Source: Eukaryota sp. TZLM1-RC (taxonomy: Eukaryota; Protista; Metamonada: BaSk clade). Taken from it: a stretch of DNA of 64,000 nucleotides. The DNA lies in NCBI GenBank assembly GCA_040285825.1, contig JAUPSS010000005.1, forward strand, positions 1 to 64,000. Direction: 5' to 3'. The position numbers and the translations under genes are program-made. This document shows positions 59,201-64,000 of this stretch, one piece after another (the first letter of the stretch is position 1; each line of letters begins with the position of its first letter). The notes below the pieces were generated by a model. The model searched no databases, was not told the origin of the DNA, and was given only the letters and a program-made list of their open reading frames with translations.

Positions 59201-61085
59201 AAGGATCCAAAGTCAATGCTTTTCTGTAACATCTTCTCGACTTTTCAAGACTTTCAGATGAATCATGACGACTTTTCCCATAAATTCTTGCAAGTTCAAC
59301 AAATACTGGAGCAAATTGAGGTTGTTTCTTAGCAGATTTCAGCAACAGAGACAATGCAGTTTTCAATTCCCCAAGATGAACCAAACATTTTCCTAGTCTG
59401 TATAAAGAGAGGAAGCTAGGATCAGCTTGCAATTCAACACTAGGTTTCAAATAAGTGACTGCTTTTTGAAATTGTTGATTTAGTAAGAGGATCCAGCCCA
59501 AATTGGAAAGTGATGAACTGTCATGAGGGTCAATATCGACTAAACGCTCAAAGATATTCTGAGCTGATTCATATTGATTTTGATCCATAAGTATACTTCC
59601 AAATAAACTTAGCACATCTGGATCATTTGGAAAATGAGAATAAAGATTATTAATATGGATTTGAGCATTGGCTGAATCCTGGAGCTTTAAACAATTGTTA
59701 CTTTGGAGTAATGTACTTCTTCTAAAAATTTCAGTCTTGGTACTCTCAAATTTCAAATGAACAGCCTTGGAATTCAACAATTCAATAAGAAGACTGGTGA
59801 CTTTTCGAGAAAGTTCAAAATTGTTTGAATTATGAAGACTTTCTGCAAAATCATAAAGACAATTCAAAGGAAAATAAATGAAATTGACACTTTTTTGGGT
59901 GTTTTTTCCAACCAAAACCTCTAATTCTGCTACGTTTTCCTTGGAGATTGTCCCCAAACAAATCAAAATAAACCTCGAAACGTCACATCCTGGATTCAAA
60001 TGGGCAATTGATTTAAAATTGATTGATAAGGTCAAGTCAGCTTCATTCCAAGACTCAACTATTGAATTATTAATAACAAGAGGAGCTTTGTATACATCTG
60101 AAGAAATCTTGATTATTTTTGAACAAAAGGCTAATAATTCTTGCCTTTTCTGGGCTTTTTCACTGGAATCAACAACAAAAACTGCTTGAATAAGTGAATC
60201 AATCAAATTACTGCAGATTGTTGGATCAACGTGATAATTTAACGACTCAGCAAGACCAATCAATTCTTTTTGAACTTTGATGACGTCACTATCCAAGATT
60301 CTGAGTTTCTGTAACTCCTTCCCCACCTTCTTCTGTTCACCTTCAATGAGATCGTTCAAATTGGAAATTTTGACGTCATTCGCTTCTTCAACTTCTTGCT
60401 TACAGATTTCAACAGATTTCCTGGCACCAGCAACGTCACCTTGTTTACTTAGTTCCATTCTAAGTTTCATTTCAGCTCTTTCAAGTTGAGATTTCTTTTG
60501 AGATAAAAGTTTTTTCTTTTCCAGCAATTCTTTTTTATGAAGTTTGGTCATCTTAACAATACACTTTTCCATTTCTTGTTGGTATTTTTCAGTATACAAT
60601 TCTTCTTCCAAGAGTTCAAGCAATTTTATCTTTGATATTAAACAATTCAAATAGGTCTCGTTCTTTTCATCAATCAAACTCAGTACTTTTTCAATGACAT
60701 CTAATGCCTCTTTTGGTTCCTGTTTTTCAAGTACTTCTGCTTGCTTCAGCATGACTTCAATTTTCTTTGAAGTATCAGTAGTAAGATTTTGTAAAGAGTG
60801 GAGAGCTTCAAGAAGGAGATTATCTTGCTTTGTTTCGATATAGAGATCTTTTAGGCATTTCCAGACCATTGGAGAGTCGGGTTTAACCTCAGCAGCACGA
60901 CGGAAAGCAATTTCAGCTTGTGATAAGTCGTTGATCTTAGTGAGACAGAGACCTGTAAGTATAAGAGCATTGAAGTTGGCCTTATCGGATCGAAGAACAT
61001 TTTTGAGGACTAATATAGCTTCTCGATATTTAGAATCATCAAAGAGAGACTTAGCCTTCTTGAGGTTTGCTATAGTGGAGGACAT
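56268..61085 (-). CDS. SKI3: Superkiller complex TPR protein SKI3/TTC37
   Basis: 1605-aa TPR protein. LKKAK...KYREA...VLRSDKANFNALILTG...QAEIAFRRAAEVKPDSPMVWKCLKDLY and RRCYRKALTLDP match TTC37. Confidence 0.85.
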   Translation of the reverse strand: MSSTIANLKKAKSLFDDSKYREAILVLKNVLRSDKANFNALILTGLCLTKINDLSQAEIAFRRAAEVKPDSPMVWKCLKDLYIETKQDNLLLEALHSLQNLTTDTSKKIEVMLKQAEVLEKQEPKEALDVIEKVLSLIDEKNETYLNCLISKIKLLELLEEELYTEKYQQEMEKCIVKMTKLHKKELLEKKKLLSQKKSQLERAEMKLRMELSKQGDVAGARKSVEICKQEVEEANDVKISNLNDLIEGEQKKVGKELQKLRILDSDVIKVQKELIGLAESLNYHVDPTICSNLIDSLIQAVFVVDSSEKAQKRQELLAFCSKIIKISSDVYKAPLVINNSIVESWNEADLTLSINFKSIAHLNPGCDVSRFILICLGTISKENVAELEVLVGKNTQKSVNFIYFPLNCLYDFAESLHNSNNFELSRKVTSLLIELLNSKAVHLKFESTKTEIFRRSTLLQSNNCLKLQDSANAQIHINNLYSHFPNDPDVLSLFGSILMDQNQYESAQNIFERLVDIDPHDSSSLSNLGWILLLNQQFQKAVTYLKPSVELQADPSFLSLYRLGKCLVHLGELKTALSLLLKSAKKQPQFAPVFVELARIYGKSRHDSSESLEKSRRCYRKALTLDPFLTSAGEELSELLTADVITDYQNLIEFVASQDPSASWAFSLLGFIYHSDFVYDQAALFLSKSLRLKESVRVRLSLSECLLESGKYSAAKETLSHLHLDENSDFYLEYLVLNAETALSLLEYEDAIWFFKLVLECEYLDQFSKSIQLKSFIGLLNTLLDYASSAVNDGLAALAIKLIDSGIHYSNQFMIVFPSYSHGSIYAANFEVIRVGTFSHRNEAVSYLQEVIIKLEKVKYQNADEMSRVYSLLAFLNRYCSQLSTVYHDLEVFKLADADVIESKSLENVSTHSKFDDEAIKYSCLSLSMSSVQNSNDWLLLGQSLSEPLLKQHCYLRSHQISPNSKALLSLLGLRLENSLLSNVDDIVSLIVSLSPESETSSDAWMTSAIFNSDPIKSREQIQHAASISPSSICLLRAGIVSIQSNNQSSSNQAISFLSRALNRITFNSGPIHSSLLKLSCLVGLAVCFERILNYTTATDYWKRAADVIKQSEIKIDCHISDLVYLGSARSLATVGQSDSGLTLLENVKNQYLSDLTKAYCLYCSSGSQQNAINLYSTLASTSVDASLCVASVALHLGDVSTAQDYIENSLKLARQNSSLAKYFESILGLFYIAGCYGKALNLIEKSSLMICQNHLTTVNFELLRLGLVATQKLPNFQRNVLKFLHRFPFDPFVRLCCGILLVEQDLIDVARQIFYKPRNQNLSSSDYSKFLVVEFLLAQTESKFRIRAIQKSIKNAPWDYHCHKLFMENMYYFSFSDSKFAEFVPIFADIFENNGSFGQLNTNSIVDLIISSPLSQKTNPIVDSDLKLSQNLIKCGVKLIKAQQLFIKGETKTALREVRRVIPLAKSPHLRSMVDILRSVCGGNQSKLISSLAEISTTSPNIDSLTTLLNFSFIHKEVNHFNQAINHIRFQFPRLSDYCTLLEGLWHFNNSEYQQCIDVLKARGSTFKANQTILDDLILICTQSLNEVQVELSSESVWRKFFQ

Positions 61086-61164
61086 TGACTAATAGCACAG
61101 AAATGTCAAAAAGCAGCAACCGGTTGAGATTAATGGAGGATGTAGATTAATTGAATAAAATTGA
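61081..61164 (-). promoter_or_regulatory. Conserved 5' leader/promoter element shared with VPS18
   Basis: Same ungapped block and same register to the ATG as 34850-34928. Confidence 0.7.
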
Positions 61165-61964
61165 CATTTTCAAAATTTGAAATCTTTCTTTCCTTTGATA
61201 GAGTCGCCTACGATTGAAATCATATTGAACACAGCACCGACACTACGTTGAGGTTTCATCAGTTAATTCTCTATTGAAGTAGAAAGCCTCCAACACGCAG
61301 CGAAAAGTTTTTCATTGCATTAAACAAGTTTCTTAAGCTTTACAAATATGCAAAGTAGTAAATTGTCCACATCTACATCTCAAACCTGTATGACCAATAT
61401 AATCAGGCACATTCAAACGCATTTTCATAATAACTCTCCAATCGTCATCTTTTAACCACGATCTTGACTAGTCTTTAGTTTTATTGTTTCAACTCTCGCT
61501 CCCATTGATTGATCGTTTTGATTTGTAAATTCCATTTTATTAAACATTCTTTTACAATTTTTGATGGATATTGTTCACAATTTCTCTTCTCTCTGGGCTG
61601 TATTCAAATTATTCAAATCTATCATCCTCTCCAATCTTTATCTAGTCTGTACTTTGAATTTTTCAATTCTTGAAGTTCATCTTTGAGGTTTACAACCAGC
61701 AATCTTGGATTTTGAATTGATAATAAGCACTTTTTTTTTGAAAGTGGGTGAATTAATAAGGGAAAAAAGGAAAAAGGAATTTCGTTTAAGTTGATTTTAT
61801 TGTGTTGACAAATGTTATTGTTTTCATCAAATGAATTCAACGATTAAGTGTGTAAAGCATAATGGTGAAAATTAATTGCCCAAATGAACCCACCTTTAAG
61901 TTTAAAAGTGATAAACAGACATTAAAGAAAATTAAGTCAATTGAAATGAGGTAATTACTTGTTA

Positions 61965-63008
61965 CTACTTGTTCAAGTCTAATTCAGATTCGCTTTCACT
62001 ATCAGGAAAAATATCTATAGATTTAAGAATTTGAAAAGAAAGATTTGGATTGGGATAAAAATCAATGCCTTCAAGATGCTGAACACTCAATCTATTACTC
62101 CAGTTGGGGTCAGCCTTTGGTTGCTCTCCAAGTCTTAGACGCCTTCGTTTGGCAGGTGGAGAACTTGACGCAGAGAAGGACTGCATTATAAATTCACCAA
62201 ACTTGCCAATAGAGACTTGTTCATGGGCAGCACTTCTGAACGCCTTTTCTCTCAAAGTCCTGAGATGAGTAAAGAATGGCTGTAGCCGTCGCAGATCCCT
62301 TTCATCTACTACTTCAGCTACTGGTGAATTGAGTGAGATTTGGTTATTTGAAAGGTAAAGATGTATTTGGTGTAGAAAGATAGGTTTATCCGGCTGAACG
62401 ATAATCACCACAGCTGAACAGAACGTGGAAACAACGATACTGTATAGGAGTTCAAAGAACTCAGTATCAAGTCCTCGCTGTTTAAAGGGTTCAGGATTGA
62501 ATGGGGGTATAAGTGATAGATAACCAGGTGGTCTATTTGAATCGATCCTTTGCGGAGGGGGTAAGTTATCCAAAAACTCCATTATCTTACTTGGAAATAA
62601 ACCACTAATGGTTGGAGGTAGACTGTCTGTACTCTTGGGTATGGAGTGCTTCTCCAATAGATGTAACTGTTGATAGTTTTTAGTATTTTCAAGATTAGAA
62701 AATATATAAGCGTCACTCTTCCTGAATCGAGGAGATAACAGGGTCAGTGCTACCACATGTTGTGGAGATTTGACAAGTGGCTTGCTTTTTTGGACTAGAC
62801 GATCAAGAGCCTTGTCCTTGAAGTATTGGCCAGCAAGGGACCACCTTTGATTTCGCGATTTGGAATCAATGGTGACACCAGAGGAAAGTAAAGTTGGTTC
62901 TTCAAAGAACGCAGTATTAGACTGCGAACCATGTATTGATGGTGTACTATGAAGAGGGGGAGGCTGTAAAGGTTTTGTTAGGGATATTGATGCAGCATAA
63001 GGATACAT
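61965..63008 (-). CDS. Hypothetical protein, 347 aa, with NLS-like PPAKRRRLR
   Basis: Long ATG ORF starting 68 bp downstream of the CDC16 stop. No domain recognised. Confidence 0.8.
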   Translation of the reverse strand: MYPYAASISLTKPLQPPPLHSTPSIHGSQSNTAFFEEPTLLSSGVTIDSKSRNQRWSLAGQYFKDKALDRLVQKSKPLVKSPQHVVALTLLSPRFRKSDAYIFSNLENTKNYQQLHLLEKHSIPKSTDSLPPTISGLFPSKIMEFLDNLPPPQRIDSNRPPGYLSLIPPFNPEPFKQRGLDTEFFELLYSIVVSTFCSAVVIIVQPDKPIFLHQIHLYLSNNQISLNSPVAEVVDERDLRRLQPFFTHLRTLREKAFRSAAHEQVSIGKFGEFIMQSFSASSSPPAKRRRLRLGEQPKADPNWSNRLSVQHLEGIDFYPNPNLSFQILKSIDIFPDSESESELDLNK

Positions 63009-63076
63009 ACAAGAAATAGCAGAAAAATGATTAATTTTTCAAAATACCAAAAAATACACGAAACAATCTAAAAAAA

Positions 63077-64000
63077 TCATATTGAAAACTCAACTTCCTC
63101 TAATGCCAAATTTAACATTTGTACTGCCAAAAAACTCTTTGGTACCAGGGTTAAATACTTTTGGTATTTAACTATAGCATCAGACAAACTTCCTTCATGA
63201 TGTAGAGAGACAGCAAGCACAAGCAAGGCAGACTCGTCCATGGAGAAAAGTTCCAAACACTGTTGTGCATAGAATTTTGCATTGGAATAATCAGAAAGAC
63301 GAAGACACACGAGCGCCAAATTCGAAAGTGTTGAACATTTCAAATCAAAAACTAAATTTCCAGACCCAAAAAAAGAATTCAAAAGACAATTTTTACCATT
63401 AGCAAATGATAACAAGAACAAATCACTGGGCAACATCTTTAACACCCTAATGAACACCTCTTTTGCTTCTTCAACCCTACCTTCCCCGACCATGAGAACC
63501 CCTTCCTCATGCAGAACACGAGGGTCGTTGGAATTGATAGCATTACAAAGGGAAATGAACCTTCTGGCCAACGAAAGACTGCTGTTTCTTAAATAAATAC
63601 TAGAAAGAGACAAAAAAGGGACAATGCAACCAATGTACTTCGTTGCACATAGTCTATATTGTAAAATTGCTGAATCTGTCTGCTGATTAAACAAAAGCAA
63701 ATGTCCCAATAGTAGATCACACATGTATTGGAAATTGATTGAGGTTGATTGATTGATTATTGACTGAATGGTCGAGACATAATCATCATCAGTATTGATT
63801 TTTGAATTAAAGAACACCAGCAAAACATCAATCAAATCACAAACTTCCTTGAACTTCTTTTCTCTAGAAACTGTACTTTGAATCTCCAACAATGTAGATG
63901 CATCACCCGCAAGAAAGGAACAAATGATCAGAGGAACAAACAAGTCTAGATCAAGAGGAAGTTTCGTAAAGGCGTTCCTGACACATCTGATTCCTGCAAT
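63077..64000 (-). CDS. CDC16: Anaphase-promoting complex TPR subunit CDC16/APC6, 3' part (frame open to the window edge)
   Basis: GCIVPFL...LARRF...DPRVLHEEGV...LSNLALVCLRL...FLAVQMLNLALEE parallels the APC6 C-terminal TPRs. No stop in frame from 63944 to 64000. Confidence 0.78.
   Translation of the reverse strand: MAGIRCVRNAFTKLPLDLDLFVPLIICSFLAGDASTLLEIQSTVSREKKFKEVCDLIDVLLVFFNSKINTDDDYVSTIQSIINQSTSINFQYMCDLLLGHLLLFNQQTDSAILQYRLCATKYIGCIVPFLSLSSIYLRNSSLSLARRFISLCNAINSNDPRVLHEEGVLMVGEGRVEEAKEVFIRVLKMLPSDLFLLSFANGKNCLLNSFFGSGNLVFDLKCSTLSNLALVCLRLSDYSNAKFYAQQCLELFSMDESALLVLAVSLHHEGSLSDAIVKYQKYLTLVPKSFLAVQMLNLALEEVEFSI

Noticed and set aside
18929-60489. Numerous short antisense or alternate-frame ORFs inside ODAD2, VPS18, NEK, FAM21 and SKI3
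   Set aside because: Shadows of real coding sequence with no independent support.

Overview
Eukaryotic nuclear DNA from an AT-rich, compact, intron-poor flagellated protist. It uses the standard code, has one 31-nt GT-AG intron and carries ciliary genes. The taxon cannot be fixed from sequence alone, though a metamonad-like organism would fit. Bases 1-8731 are a homogeneous tandem array of about 19 units of ~440-463 bp, followed by a retroelement scar and one old diverged unit. Host genes: WDR7-like, ODAD2/ARMC4, VPS18, NEK2-like kinase, WDR34/DYNC2I2, a PH-LRR protein, FAM21/WASHC2, PSMA7, SKI3/TTC37, CDC16/APC6 (partial) and several orphans. Between gene blocks lie TE graveyards: CRE-like RT+RLE non-LTR elements, a decayed chromodomain Ty3/Gypsy element, a TTAA-flanked MITE and remnants of two Fanzor1 (eukaryotic TnpB-like) families. 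Two observations stand out. (i) Two inverted Fanzor1 copies are each followed by a conserved ~245-nt highly structured non-coding tail (candidate omegaRNA) ending at TCACAG|TA. Together they bracket an 8.1-kb block that appears to sit in a single TA of a ~57-bp head-to-head intergenic region, 17 and 38 nt from two host start codons. (ii) A ~70-nt 5' leader is shared in register by the unrelated VPS18 and SKI3 genes and can fold over the start codon. All homology calls come from recognising motifs by eye, not from database searches.
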